From: Octopus bimaculoides
Taxonomy: Eukaryota
Length of the DNA: 64,000 nt
Assembly (NCBI RefSeq): GCF_001194135.2
Contig: NC_069002.1
Coordinates: 14,144,137-14,208,136 of the forward strand
Direction: 5' to 3'
Positions 51,558-64,000 of this stretch are shown here, in pieces. Numbering within the stretch: the stretch's first letter is position 1; each line of letters begins with the position of its first letter. The translations under genes were made by a program, and so were the position numbers. Under the pieces are notes generated by a model. That model did not search any database, was not told the origin of the DNA, and saw only the letters and a list, made by a program, of their open reading frames with translations.

Positions 51558-51813
51558 CTTTATTCAAAAATAGGATAAAGTCTTTTACAAGAATTTATCA
51601 AGCAGCTAGCGTTGAAAAACCTCATAAGGGAAAAAAAAATCCATCATTTATTCCCTAGAATATATTTATATATATTTATATAATTTATTTGTATATGTAT
51701 ATAATTAATAATCCCCCACCAAAAAAAAAAAAAGAAAAAACAAGTAAAAACAACAACGCGAGGACATGTTACATGCAAAGTATTAAAAAACGCTTAGGGA
51801 AGGAAAGAAAGGT

Positions 51814-51850
51814 TGTTTTACGTTTCTAGCAAAGCTCTTCTTCAGAAACA
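51814..51850 (-). ncRNA. Minimal type-I hammerhead motif with a mutated stem II closing pair, inside a probable PLE pseudo-LTR (about 51700-51960)
   Basis: TGTTT-CTGAAGA-A-GAGC(TTT)GCTA-GAAAC-GTA^-AAACA. Stem I is 5 perfect bp; stem III is AC/GT; the closing pair is G-A instead of G-C. Confidence 0.7.
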
Positions 51851-53386
51851 GAAGACAGAGGAAAGTCCAATGGAAAAGGAAGACGGAGGGAAAACATCGC
51901 CAACAATCCAAATGTAGTTACATTTTGAAATGACCGGAAGGGAATGGATGAAGAAAATCTAAGACAGGAGAGTATAAGAGAAGGAGGTATCTGTGCGTAT
52001 GCGTGGGTATGTGCACGCGCTATTATGTGTGTCTGAGTGCGTGTGTGTAAGCGGGTTATGGTAACTGTGTGTGTATGTGTGTATATGTGTGTGTGTTTGG
52101 GGTATTAACTGCTTATATGCGTATGTGTGAGTGATCTTTGTATGTAGGAAGAATTCAGCGGCTATGGTAACAGTGGAGGTCTTTTGTGTAGTTGTGTGTT
52201 TCTTCACATGTGCGTAGATGTGATGGTCAGTGGAAAGGTCTTTGATCGGCAGTCTGAAGGGTGTGTATGTGTGTTTTGTATGTGGTATGTGTACGTGCAT
52301 GTGTGTATGTGCGTGAGTGTGTGCGTGCGTGTGTGTGTATGTGTGTGTATGCGCGTATATGTGTGTGCATGTATGTGTGCGTTATGTCTATGCGTGATGT
52401 GTGTTGGACGTATAAGTGCGTTCATGTGTGTGCGAATGTGTTTGTATGTATATATATACATAAATAAATATATATATATATATATANNNNNNNNNNNNNN
52501 NNNNNNNNNNNNNNNNNNNNNNNNNNNNNNNNNNNNNNNNNNNNNNNNNNNNNNNNNNNNNNNNNNNNNNNNNNNNNNNNNNNNNNNNNNNNNNNNNNNN
52601 NNNNNNNNNNNNNNNNNNNNNNNNNNNNNNNNNNNNNNNNNNNNNNNNNNNNNNNNNNNNNNNNNNNNNNNNNNNNNNNNNNNNNNNNNNNNNNNNNNNN
52701 NNNNNNNNNNNNNNNNNNNNNNNNNNNNNNNNNNNNNNNNNNNNNNNNNNNNNNNNNNNNNNNNNNNNNNNNNNNNNNNNNNNNNNNNNNNNNNNNNNNN
52801 NNNNNNNNNNNNNNNNNNNNNNNNNNNNNNNNNNNNNNNNNNNNNNNNNNNNNNNNNNNNNNNNNNNNNNNNNNNNNNNNNNNNNNNNNNNNNNNNNNNN
52901 NNNNNNNNNNNNNNNNNNNNNNNNNNNNNNNNNNNNNNNNNNNNNNNNNNNNNNNNNNNNNNNNNNNNNNNNNNNNNNNNNNNNNNNNNNNNNNNNNNNN
53001 NNNNNNNNNNNNNNNNNNNNNNNNNNNNNNNNNNNNNNNNNNNNNNNNNNNNNNNNNNNNNNNNNNNNNNNNNNNNNNNNNNNNNNNNNNNNNNNNNNNN
53101 NNNNNNNNNNNNNNNNNNNNNNNNNNNNNNNNNNNNNNNNNNNNNNNNNNNNNNNNNNNNNNNNNNNNNNNNNNNNNNNNNNNNNNNNNNNNNNNNNNNN
53201 NNNNNNNNNNNNNNNNNNNNNNNNNNNNNNNNNNNNNNNNNNNNNNNNNNNNNNNNNNNNNNNNNNNNNNNNNNNNNNNNNNNNNNNNNNNNNNNNNNNN
53301 NNNNNNNNNNNNNNNNNNNNNNNNNNNNNNNNNNNNNNNNNNNNNNNNNNNNNNNNNNNNNNNNNNNNNNNNNNNNNNNNNNNNNN

Positions 53387-53634
53387 AGACGGAAACTGAA
53401 AGAAGCCCGTCGTATATATGTGTATGTGTGATTGTGTGTCTGTGTTTGTCCCCCCACCACCGCTTGACAACCGATGCTGGTGTATTTACGTCCCCGTAAC
53501 TTAGCGGTTCGGCAAACAAGACCGATAGGATAAGTACTAGGCTTACAAAGAATAAGACCAGGGGTCGATTTGTTCGACTAAAGGCGGTGCTCCAGCATGG
53601 CCGCAGTCAAATGACTGAAACAAGTAAAAGAGTA
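53387..53634 (+). mobile_element. Composite SINE: end of head A, microsatellite linker, body B, CR1-like tail
   Basis: AGACGGAAACTGAAAGAAGCCCGTCGTA, then (TG)n, then GTTTGTCCCCCCACC...GGCGGTGCTCCAGCATGGCCGCAGTCAAATGACTGAAACAAGTAAAAGAGTA. The 5' part lies in an N gap. Confidence 0.9.
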
Positions 53635-53869
53635 TATATACATTTATACATACATACATACATACATACACGTATAGATCGAGGGCAAGAGAGAGTGAGC
53701 AATGGTAAGGTAGAAGATTAGAAACAATAATACATCAAAAGGCAAAAATTTCCATAGAATATATGTGTTATCTAGAAAGTGTGTGGTTTTAAATATACGT
53801 ATATTGCACCCGCGCATCTCTGCATGCATCCAAGTGCATTTTCTCTGTCTCCACCTATCTCTCTGTCTG

Positions 53870-53920
<51 letters not shown>

Positions 53921-54364
53921 CTATCTCTATCTATCTATCTCTTTCTATCGATCTGGCTACTTGTTTATTCAACTACAGATGTAGGTATCTCTATCCAGCT
54001 ATCTCTCTATTTAGCTAAATAGCTAGAATCCTTGACCTGATAAGTATAACACCCGCTTGTAACCTCACCGTGCATTTAAAACAAAGAGCAATTTCAACGC
54101 ACCACACTGTGTATCATAAAACAAATCTTGATGGGACAATATTATGATAATATTATGATAATTTATAGGAATATCCTCAGATGTAAACAATTCATTACGG
54201 AGGCAATTCTAATATTGCTATGTAAATTATAGTTAACATAAAACATACTTGTGTCACAAATGCAAAATCGACTTAGTAGAACTCAAACTAACAGCCAGAC
54301 TATGGAGGTAAAGTTTGCATAAACATAACTGGCCACTATAAAAGGGCAACCACAGAAGCCAACA

Positions 54365-54498
54365 CGAAGGGCTTCTTTCAGTTTCTGTCTACCAAATCCA
54401 CTCACAAGGCTTTGGTCGCCCCGAGGTGTCGCGCAGTGGTACTGAACCAGGAATTATGTGGGTAGGAAGCAAGCTTCTTACCACATATCTACGCCTGC
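54365..54498 (-). mobile_element. SINE family A head with a small internal deletion
   Basis: Matches 32362-32522 but lacks about 26 nt between two AGG trinucleotides. Confidence 0.88.
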
Positions 54499-54500
54499 GG

Positions 54501-54538
<38 letters not shown>

Positions 54539-55582
54539 NNNNNNNNNNNNNNNNNNNNNNNNNNNNNNNNNNNNNNNNNNNNNNNNNNNNNNNNNNNNNN
54601 NNNNNNNNNNNNNNNNNNNNNNNNNNNNNNNNNNNNNNNNNNNNNNNNNNNNNNNNNNNNNNNNNNNNNNNNNNNNNNNNNNNNNNNNNNNNNNNNNNNN
54701 NNNNNNNNNNNNNNNNNNNNNNNNNNNNNNNNNNNNNNNNNNNNNNNNNNNNNNNNNNNNNNNNNNNNNNNNNNNNNNNNNNNNNNNNNNNNNNNNNNNN
54801 NNNNNNNNNNNNNNNNNNNNNNNNNNNNNNNNNNNNNNNNNNNNNNNNNNNNNNNNNNNNNNNNNNNNNNNNNNNNNNNNNNNNNNNNNNNNNNNNNNNN
54901 NNNNNNNNNNNNNNNNNNNNNNNNNNNNNNNNNNNNNNNNNNNNNNNNNNNNNNNNNNNNNNNNNNNNNNNNNNNNNNNNNNNNNNNNNNNNNNNNNNNN
55001 NNNNNNNNNNNNNNNNNNNNNNNNNNNNNNNNNNNNNNNNNNNNNNNNNNATATATATTTAAATAAGGACGTACGTATGTACATATATGTATATATATAC
55101 ATACATACGTGTCTATGCACACATGCATATGTGTATGAGTGTGTTTGCATCTGCGTATCTGTTTTATGGTTTGACAAAGGAAAACATGATTTGATTGTAA
55201 TATGTCATAGCATTTAAACGATCAATTTCCGATAAATTGACTTATTTATGGTTGAGACCTGGTTCTCGTAAATTTCCTGATGTGTGACTGAAGCTGTGCC
55301 AATGTTTATTAATCCTTAACAAATTCAGTAATATTTTGTTTTCTGTGTTGATATACAGAAGTGCTTACACTGCGATCACATCATTTTTTATTGATATTAT
55401 TGATTACTGTGAGTATTGATATAGCATATAGCACTCCTGGGAACCGTATATACAGACATATTAACTAGAACATATTCTATACGATGGAACATACATGAAA
55501 AAACAAAAAAATCACTCTATGTGTTTCAGGCACATATATTTAATTGTACATTGAGAACAGGCAACGAAGAGAATTATACAAA

Positions 55583-55630
<48 letters not shown>

Positions 55631-55633
55631 AAT

Positions 55634-55680
<47 letters not shown>

Positions 55681-55968
55681 ATAGTAAATAATTATCATTA
55701 TTAGTATAACGATACTACTACTACTACTACTGCTATTACTACTACTACTGNNNNNNNNNNNNNNNNNNNNNNNNNNNNNNNNNNNNNNNNNNNNNNNNNN
55801 NNNNNNNNNNNNNNNNNNNNNNNNNNNNNNNNNNNNNNNNNNNNNNNNNNNNNNNNNNNNNNNNNNNNNNNNNNNNNNNNNNNNNNNNNNNNNNNNNNNN
55901 NNNNNNNNNNNNNNNNNNNNNNNNNNNNNNNNNNNNNNNNNNNNNNNNNNNNNNNNNNNNNNNNNNNN

Positions 55969-56016
<48 letters not shown>

Positions 56017-56079
56017 CGTGCGCGTGCGTTTGTGTGCCTGTGAGTTCATGTGTTTGGAAACATGTCTATGTCTACACTG

Positions 56080-56635
56080 TGTAATTTTGATGTTTTGTAT
56101 TGAAAAATAAAATCAGGTTTCGATTAGTTTCATGTTTTTGCATGAACAAACCTTAGTACAATATTTACAAATTAGAAAAATAAAACCCAGTGTTACATAG
56201 ATGAGTATAATGTTATAAATATTGGAGCAGAAACATCAGTAATGTTTTGCATTGAAAAATAAAGTCAGGTTTCTTTTAATTTCTTGTTTTTGCATGAACA
56301 AACATTAGCACAATATTTACAAATTAGAAAAATAAAACCCAATGTTACAGAGATGAGTATCATGTTATAAATATAACAACAATAATAGGGTATTTTTTTC
56401 TTTTCTTTCCTTAAGGTGTCAGAAAAAAGATAAGGAGTTCTATGAGAGTTCTCCCATACGTTCGCACTTTGTGTAACTTCGGTGTTTTGTATTGAAAAAT
56501 AAAGCCAGGTTTCTTTCAATTTTATGCTTTGCTTGAACAAACAATATTTACAAATTAGAAAAATACGTAATGTAAGAATATCCCAATATTATATATATAT
56601 ATACCTGAATATTTATAGAGATGAGTATCATGTTC
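56080..56635. repeat. AT-rich tandem repeat, about 150-bp unit, 3 diverged copies
   Basis: TGTTTTG(T/C)ATTGAAAAATAAA..CAGGTTTC...CAATATTTACAAATTAGAAAAATA occurs three times. Confidence 0.9.
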
Positions 56636-57180
56636 CCAATGTTAAAGCTACATTTAGAATCAAAAATGCATATTCTCCGTTTTTCTTTCAAACATTCAAT
56701 TTTGGAGAGAATTTTTTGATGAAGTGTAGCTCCATTGCTTCTTAGTATTGCGGATCATCCCATGAACATTTGTAAATGGGAACGATTTTAAATTTTCCGT
56801 AGCTGCATATTTCCAGATGCTTGCTTATCGGAATCTTGCGTAATTACTCTTGTCGCATATGCTACCTGTGGAATCTTTAATTATATATGTATATATATAT
56901 ATATATATATACATGAATACATATATATATATNNNNNNNNNNNNNNNNNNNNNNNNNNNNNNNNNNNNNNNNNNNNNNNNNNNNNNNNNNNNNNNNNNNN
57001 NNNNNNNNNACCTCACCCTACGTCATTAACTGGTTCCAGGAAACACGACTAAAATCAAACCCATATAAGGGTGTCTATTTACTTCTGTCATGTGTGTGTG
57101 TGTGTATGTGTGTGTGTATACATACAGATAAAGAGAGAGGGAGAGAGAGGGATAGAGTGAGAGTGAGGGAGAGAGAGAGA

Positions 57181-57225
<45 letters not shown>

Positions 57226-58203
57226 AAACAAATAAACTGCTTGGGTTAGATATAGAAAATATGTTTAAATGTATATATGTAAATTGAGAGAAGGTTAACA
57301 CGAAATATTCAGGTAATGTATATTCGTGCATAAATATGTAGATATTCATTTGCTAACAGAGAAAAACACTTGAGTGCTCCAAGGAGTTTTCTATATTGAG
57401 CATTGCTGAATCTCTCGGCTAAGCGTTACCTATTGATCTCACTCATAGATAAACAATTCTTGGGCACATCTACAGAAAATATATTCCAATTCTACCTAAA
57501 GATCTCTGCATGGAGCTCTCATTACAGAAAACAAACGACTTTATTCTGTGCCTTTGTACTCTGTGTAAATTTGCTCCGTTAATGTATTAAAACCTATATA
57601 TCATATTTAGGCACAAGTATTCATCGTCTGAATATCTTCAGTCCTTGCTTTCTCACTAATTATATGTAAACATCCAAGCGGTTTTATTTGTTTATTTGCA
57701 CCATTATCTCCAAATCTGTTCACCTGGATTCCTCTCATCGCCACTCGGATTTAGTCCTCGGTAGAAATCTCGGAGCGTAAGTTCAAATTATTTGAGCGCT
57801 TCGAAGTGTTTTCTTTATTGAGCATCTCCGAATCTCATCTTTTGACATTCTCTCCATATGTATATATGTATGTAGGTATATATGTATGTATGTATTATGT
57901 ATGTGTGTGCTATTTTATATAAATACACACTCACACACACACACACACATATATGCAGAGAGAGAGAGAGAAAGTGGGAGAGAGAGAGAAAGCGGGAGAG
58001 AGAGAAACAGAGAAGGAAGGAGAGGGTGAGATAGATAAGCAGAGGCACAGTGAGGGAGAGGGAGAGGGAGACGTAGATATATATTCTTCTAAATATATAT
58101 ATCTTTCCATCTGTCTATCCTTCTAGCTTCCTTGCCAGGTATCTATTTACTTATTTAGTTTTCGATTAATAATTCTCTCCCTCTCTCTCACTCAATCACT
58201 CAC

Positions 58204-58245
<42 letters not shown>

Positions 58246-60026
58246 ATCTGTTTATCTATGACTTAAACTCTACATTTCTTACTGATTCACTCACTGCCAC
58301 CGACTTTCCGTCTCTCTTCCACCGTTTATTCTACTCATTTGAAACACGCTCCTTCATCTTTTCTACTAGCTCTGATGCACCTAATCACTTCTATTCAGCT
58401 TTAAACCAGTTTTTAAGAATTTCTTTTATACTAGATACAGATACTTCTTCACAACAGAACATAAAAATTTCGGTTTGGCTTTCATTTCTACACTGCAAGA
58501 TGTATGTATGCATGCATGCATATATGTATGTATGTATGTATGTATGTGTGCATGCATGAATCTCCGTATGTGTACATGAAAATGTGCACATGTATGTAAA
58601 TATATATATATAATTGTATGTAATTTATATGTGTGAGAATATGTATATAAAATATGTATANNNNNNNNNNNNNNNNNNNNNNNNNNNNNNNNNNNNNNNN
58701 NNNNNNNNNNNNNNNNNNNNNNNNNNNNNNNNNNNNNNNNNNNNNNNNNNNNNNNNNNNNNNNNNNNNNNNNNNNNNNNNNNNNNNNNNNNNNNNNNNNN
58801 NNNNNNNNNNNNNNNNNNNNNNNNNNNNNNNNNNNNNNNNNNNNNNNNNNNNNNNNNNNNNNNNNNNNNNNNNNNNNNNNNNNNNNNNNNNNNNNNNNNN
58901 NNNNNNNNNNNNNNNNNNNNNNNNNNNNNNNNNNNNNNNNNNNNNNNNNNNNNNNNNNNNNNNNNNNNNNNNNNNNNNNNNNNNNNNNNNNNNNNNNNNN
59001 NNNNNNNNNNNNNNNNNNNNNNNNNNNNNNNNNNNNNNNNNNNNNNNNNNNNNNNNNNNNNNNNNNNNNNNNNNNNNNNNNNNNNNNNNNNNNNNNNNNN
59101 NNNNNNNNNNNNNNNNNNNNNNNNNNNNNNNNNNNNNNNNNNNNNNNNNNNNNNNNNNNNNNNNNNNNNNNNNNNNNNNNNNNNNNNNNNNNNNNNNNNN
59201 NNNNNNNNNNNNNNNNNNNNNNNNNNNNNNNNNNNNNNNNNNNNNNNNNNNNNNNNNNNNNNNNNNNNNNNNNNNNNNNNNNNNNNNNNNNNNNNNNNNN
59301 NNNNNNNNNNNNNNNNNNNNNNNNNNNNNNNNNNNNNNNNNNNNNNNNNNNNNNNNNNNNNNNNNNNNNNNNNNNNNNNNNNNNCCATTGAAGAACTCTC
59401 AAATATCTATTTTATGCGTTTCTGTTATATACTCTGAGGTGTCAAAAACTCTTGCCGGACATCTGCAACCGGGTATCTGATACAGTCTGACCAAATCCGT
59501 TTAATATTTGCAACTGGCGAGATTTTATAAGCATCGGTGTTTATTTCAGTTTGTTTATTTGTTTTTGAACGTACGGATATTGAAGTCTACTGTATACTTA
59601 TTGACTGACCTCTTGGCATGAGCTATGTGAATCATTTAATTTGAATTATTCTCTTTGTTTATGAATTCATTAGTTTCATTATAACTGTCGTACTTATTTA
59701 ATTTGTATAGTCTATACCTTCTTTTGTTTTTGGATATATAGAAATGCCGTTCACTGCTAAAATTAAATTATGGCAACTTGACGCATTTAACATTATTGCA
59801 GAACAAAAATAAGGAAAGCCAATACTAATTTAGAAATAATACAGTGTAAACTTTGATACTTCAAGAATTGGAAGAAAAGTGAATATAAACAATATTGTTT
59901 TTTCATAAATGGCTCAGGTGGTCCAGATGACTCGTCGACGACGTAATCTTGTTAGTTTTAACACACTACTTCAAATTAAGTCATCAGACAAATACAGTCT
60001 GAACTATACACACGCGCTCACACATT

Positions 60027-60079
<53 letters not shown>

Positions 60080-60464
60080 GTTATGCATATATACATATGT
60101 ATTATGTGTTTATAAAGATACATACATGCATATATATATATATANNNNNNNNNNNNNNNNNNNNNNNNNNNNNNNNNNNNNNNNNNNNNNNNNNNNNNNN
60201 NNNNNNNNNNNNNNNNNNNNNNNNNNNNNNNNNNNNNNNNNNNNNNNNNNNNNNNNNNNNNNNNNNNNNNNNNNNNNNNNNNNNNNNNNNNNNNNNNNNN
60301 NNNNNNNNNNNNNNNNNNNNNNNNNNNNNNNNNNNNNNNNNNNNNNNNNNNNNNNNNNNNNNNNNNNNNNNNNNNNNNNNNNNNNNNNNNNNNNNNNNNN
60401 NNNNNNAATTTCCAAATATCTTCAAATTTCACTTGCTACTGTTTATAGAATTATAGTGTAATTC

Positions 60465-61178
60465 AAAACCCAAGGGAAAGAATCAACAGGTTCTCGTCCC
60501 GGCCGACCTGGGCCCTCGGAAAGGAATCTTCGCGGTTTGAAGAGAATTGTGGAAAACGAACCCCGTTCGAAGGCTTCTGACATTGCAAAACAGCTAGAAG
60601 TTAGTCCAAGAACGTGTGTTACATATCTGCATAAGCTTGGATATTATGGACGAGCAGCTAGAAGAAAACCTCCCCTTCAACCAATTAATATCATGAAAAG
60701 AAAGAAATGGGCTAAGGAGATGTCGGAAAAATCCAGTTCATTTTGGATTAGAGTGATTTTCTCAGATGAATCCAGATTTGCATTATTTTTAGGCAGTGGA
60801 CGTGTTTGGATCTGGAGGCTTCCCAATCAAGGTTTTGATTTGAAACGACTCCAACCAACTGTAAAACATGGCGGTATCTCTGTAATTGTATGAGGAGCTG
60901 TCACTAAGAATGGTAGTTCTGATCTGATTGAATGTGTTGGAAACATAAACTCTGAAAAATACTTCGAAATATTTAAGCAAGGACTACTTCCGGTATATTC
61001 ACACGATAACATAACGAAAAATGAGTTTTTATTCATGGAAGATGGGGCTCCATTGCCACACAGCGAAAAGGAATCAACAATGGCTGACTGAAAATGGGAT
61101 CAAAAAGCTTCCTTGTCCCAGCCAATCTCCTGACATGAACCCAATTGAAAATCTTTGGACCATACTAGATAGAGCTAG
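60465..61178 (+). mobile_element. Decayed Tc1 (DD34E) transposase
   Basis: GRP...LGYYGRAARRKP...VIFSDESRF...PTVKHGGISVIV*GAV...FMEDGAP; [13 protein letters not shown]. One stop and one frameshift. Confidence 0.95.
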
Positions 61179-61449
61179 GTAGGTGATGACATTTATTTAT
61201 TTAAACATAATGGTAGAATTGTTAAAGAGTATTGATCATCACAGAAAAGGAAGTAAGGTGTACTGACAGACTCTTCAACTATTTGAAGAAGAGATGTACA
61301 GGTGGTGCATATTCTTTTTCTCTGCAAATGAACACTGGATATCCATATAGCAACGATCTCTTCCATCATCGGAGAGAGAATGAGGTAAAACCGAAACAAC
61401 TAAAGATCTAACCAATTCTTTCTCCGGCGATGGTCGTGAGTTCGATACC

Positions 61450-61678
61450 AGCCTGCTTGTGAAATTAACGTGCAAGTGGCTGAACACACCCCAGACACAC
61501 GTATACTTAACGTAGTTCCCAGGGAGATTGCGCATGATACTGAATTACAGGTACTACTCATTTTTGCCAACTGAGTGGACTGACGCAACATGAAATAAAG
61601 TGTCTTGCTCAAGGATGCAATGCGTCGCCGGGAATCGAACTGACAACTCTATGACCGTAAATCTAATACCTTAGCCAT
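61450..61678 (-). mobile_element. tRNA-derived SINE (family D)
   Basis: Minus strand has B-box GTTCGATTCCCGGC followed by CATCCTTGAGCAAGACACTTTATTTCA..., a CORE-like body. Confidence 0.85.
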
Positions 61679-62632
61679 ATATACATACGTGTGCGTGGGC
61701 GGATGTGTGTGTGTGTGAGTGTGTGTGTGTGCGTGTGTACAGAAAGATACATATATAGGCTGAAATATAAAAGCTATTGCGATAAGGAAGATAAAAGAGA
61801 TTGGTTGATGCATAGAGAGAAGGAAAGAGAAAAGAGTATGAAAAAAAAAAGACAAAATAAAAGTGAGAAACTGGAAGGTATATTAGAAGAGAGAGTGAGA
61901 GAGAGAGGAAGAGAGAGAGAGAGAGAGAGAGTGAGAGAGAGAGAGAGGAAGAGAGAGAGAGTGAGAGAGAGAGAGAGGAAGAGAGAGTGAAAGAGAGAGA
62001 GGAAGAGAGAGAGAGAGAGTGAGAAAGTAGGAGAAAGAGAGGAGGCGGGGGAAGAGTAAAGAATTAAGATATGATGTAATGTCATTTTCCCTTTACTTCA
62101 ATGTTTTTGTTGTATAGTTCATCTCTGATCAATGAAATATTTTCCAGCTGTGGCCATTCTGTCTTTTTGTCTATCAGGGTCTATATTGTCCAATATCAAT
62201 CAAAATCAGTTACATTGCGAGACCGTGTGTGAACAGCAAGGGACATGACCACAACCTTTCATCTTTCCCTTTTAATCATTCGTCCCTCATATTTTCCACG
62301 ATAGCCTCTTCACTCACCCCATTATGCAATTCATCCATCCATGCTGTGGTCTTCTTTTGTTGTGAATGTACTGCTCCAATGTAATCTTCTGTTACCTTCT
62401 GTAAAAGAAAGTAACGCGTAATTTGGGGAACGTTTGGATGCAGCGTCCAGCAAAGCAGGCGACTGGTTGGAGGGTTTCATGCTGGTTCGTTGTTGTATTG
62501 TTACTGTATCAAGGTAGAGGAAGAAATTTTAATTTTAGAAATATCTATAACGATGAAATTTGTAAACATTTATTCATTATAGCGGAAAAGATTGTAAGAA
62601 AAGTCATCCTATTCACTTTTCATATATTTGTG

Positions 62633-62665
<33 letters not shown>

Positions 62666-62949
62666 CTCTATCTATCTATCTATCTATCTATCTATACATA
62701 CATACGTACATACATAAATACATACATACATACATACATACATACATTCACACATGATGGTGATGGTTGTCCACTCGTGACCGAGGAAAACCATTGATTA
62801 CCATTATGAAGATTGTGCGCTCAAGACTACCTTATACTTTACATTTTCAGCTCTGTTGGTGACTAACAAGACCTGCTCTTGACAAGCAAACGTGACTGCA
62901 AGCATTGCTCACCAAGCTTTCCTCATTCATTACACTAGTAGTGCGTTTT

Positions 62950-63110
62950 CTTCATAAAGAATACGTGCTCTTTCAAAGGTATCGACTTCCTCCTTTATCT
63001 CTTTCCTCCATCTGTGGAGTCAGACTTCCGCATTTAACAGGCCTTTAATGAGAACTATACACAGTCTTTAAATCGCAGTCTCAGCTTCTGGCAGAGTTGC
63101 TTTCCACTAA
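62950..63110 (+). mobile_element. Probable Penelope-like GIY-YIG C-terminal remnant
   Basis: ESDFRI*QA...SLNRSLS with a frameshift, resembling the DLRILEALxIxxxxPSLN terminus. An AT-rich 3' region and a hammerhead motif follow. Confidence 0.45.
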
Positions 63111-63841
63111 CAAGTCCCCATATAGCATCTGTTTAGAGATAAGTATCGTTTTTACCTTTGTTCAATGACTTTATATCATTATTTGAAAAAAATATGTATA
63201 TTTATGTTATTCAATTGATTTTTAATGATAATTTTAGTCGATACCTTTTTTAACACTAAATTTATTAGTAGTAAGTTTATCATCTTAGCCTAAACTAAGA
63301 CTTCGATTAGATTAGGATTGAATTTTTTCCATTAATACTGTTTAATATTTCTTTTTATTTTATAGGATAAATAACTAGTCTTTTTATTTAATTTCTTTGA
63401 TTGTACAATATAGTTAATTGTTTTATTATGACGTAAGTTATATAAAGTTTAATCTTTCATTCATAATAAAATTTTCATTCATGTTTTTTATATTTATTTA
63501 TTCTATTCTTTTTCTTTACGCAATATTTTCACGAGACTTCTTTCAAATAAACGTTTTAGCCTAAAATCTTTTAGTCTAAACTATTGCATCGTTTATATAT
63601 GTGCTACTTCTCTCTTTATTATTTTAGCCTAAAACTTCGTTCAAATTTTATTTTAAACGAAAGATTCGTTAAAGTTTGTTTTTGCATATAATATTCCTGT
63701 TAGCTTTTATTATAATAGACGTAGGATTGATTATGAAACGTTTATAATTTTGATATTTTTAATAATATTTTTCTGTCGTAATATAATAAGTATTTTATAT
63801 ACAGTCATTTGTTATTTATTGTTGGTTGAAATATACATTCG

Positions 63842-63889
<48 letters not shown>

Positions 63890-63892
63890 GTA

Positions 63893-64000
63893 TTTTGACC
63901 TGAAGATTAGCTATATTTTTGAATAGAATTGATTTTCGATAGTTTTAATCGATTTAAATATTCTTTCTAATTGAAAATTGGTTATGAAACACGTGTAGTC
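63893..64000 (+). ncRNA. Type-I hammerhead motif with an extended stem II, cut by the window edge
   Basis: GAC-CTGAAGA-T-TAGCTA...TGGTTA-T-GAAAC-ACGT-GTA^-GTC. Stem III is the palindrome ACACGTGT; stem I is GAC/GTC. Confidence 0.7.

Noticed and set aside
214-62797. Most ORFs in the provided track (YIYIYI, THTHTH, LSLSLS, poly-X and similar)
   Set aside because: They are translations of microsatellites and N gaps, not genes.

Overview
This is AT-rich eukaryotic DNA with about 20 N gaps, most of them flanked by microsatellites. The SINE, LINE and microsatellite make-up resembles octopus genomes; this is inferred from remembered repeat families, with no database search. I find no intact protein-coding gene, tRNA/rRNA gene or CRISPR array. 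Almost all listed ORFs are microsatellite or N-gap artefacts. The window is dense in transposon remnants: (i) five fragments of R4/Dong-type RLE-endonuclease LINEs, several next to (AAT)n arrays; (ii) three Penelope-like GIY-YIG remnants; (iii) CR1, RTE and Tx1/L1 LINE 3' ends; (iv) four Tc1/mariner remnants; (v) many copies of several SINE-like families. The most interesting signals are minimal type-I hammerhead ribozyme motifs at 27008-27049 (+), 63893-64000 (+) and 51814-51850 (-). The first two lie downstream of Penelope endonuclease remnants on the same strand. Other notable items are a SINE that shares its 3' tail with a CR1 LINE, tandem Dong copies in (AAT)n, an in-frame N-terminal/C-terminal fused Dong derivative, a 234-bp foldback, and a few unexplained exon-like islands. 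Boundaries given in round numbers are approximate.
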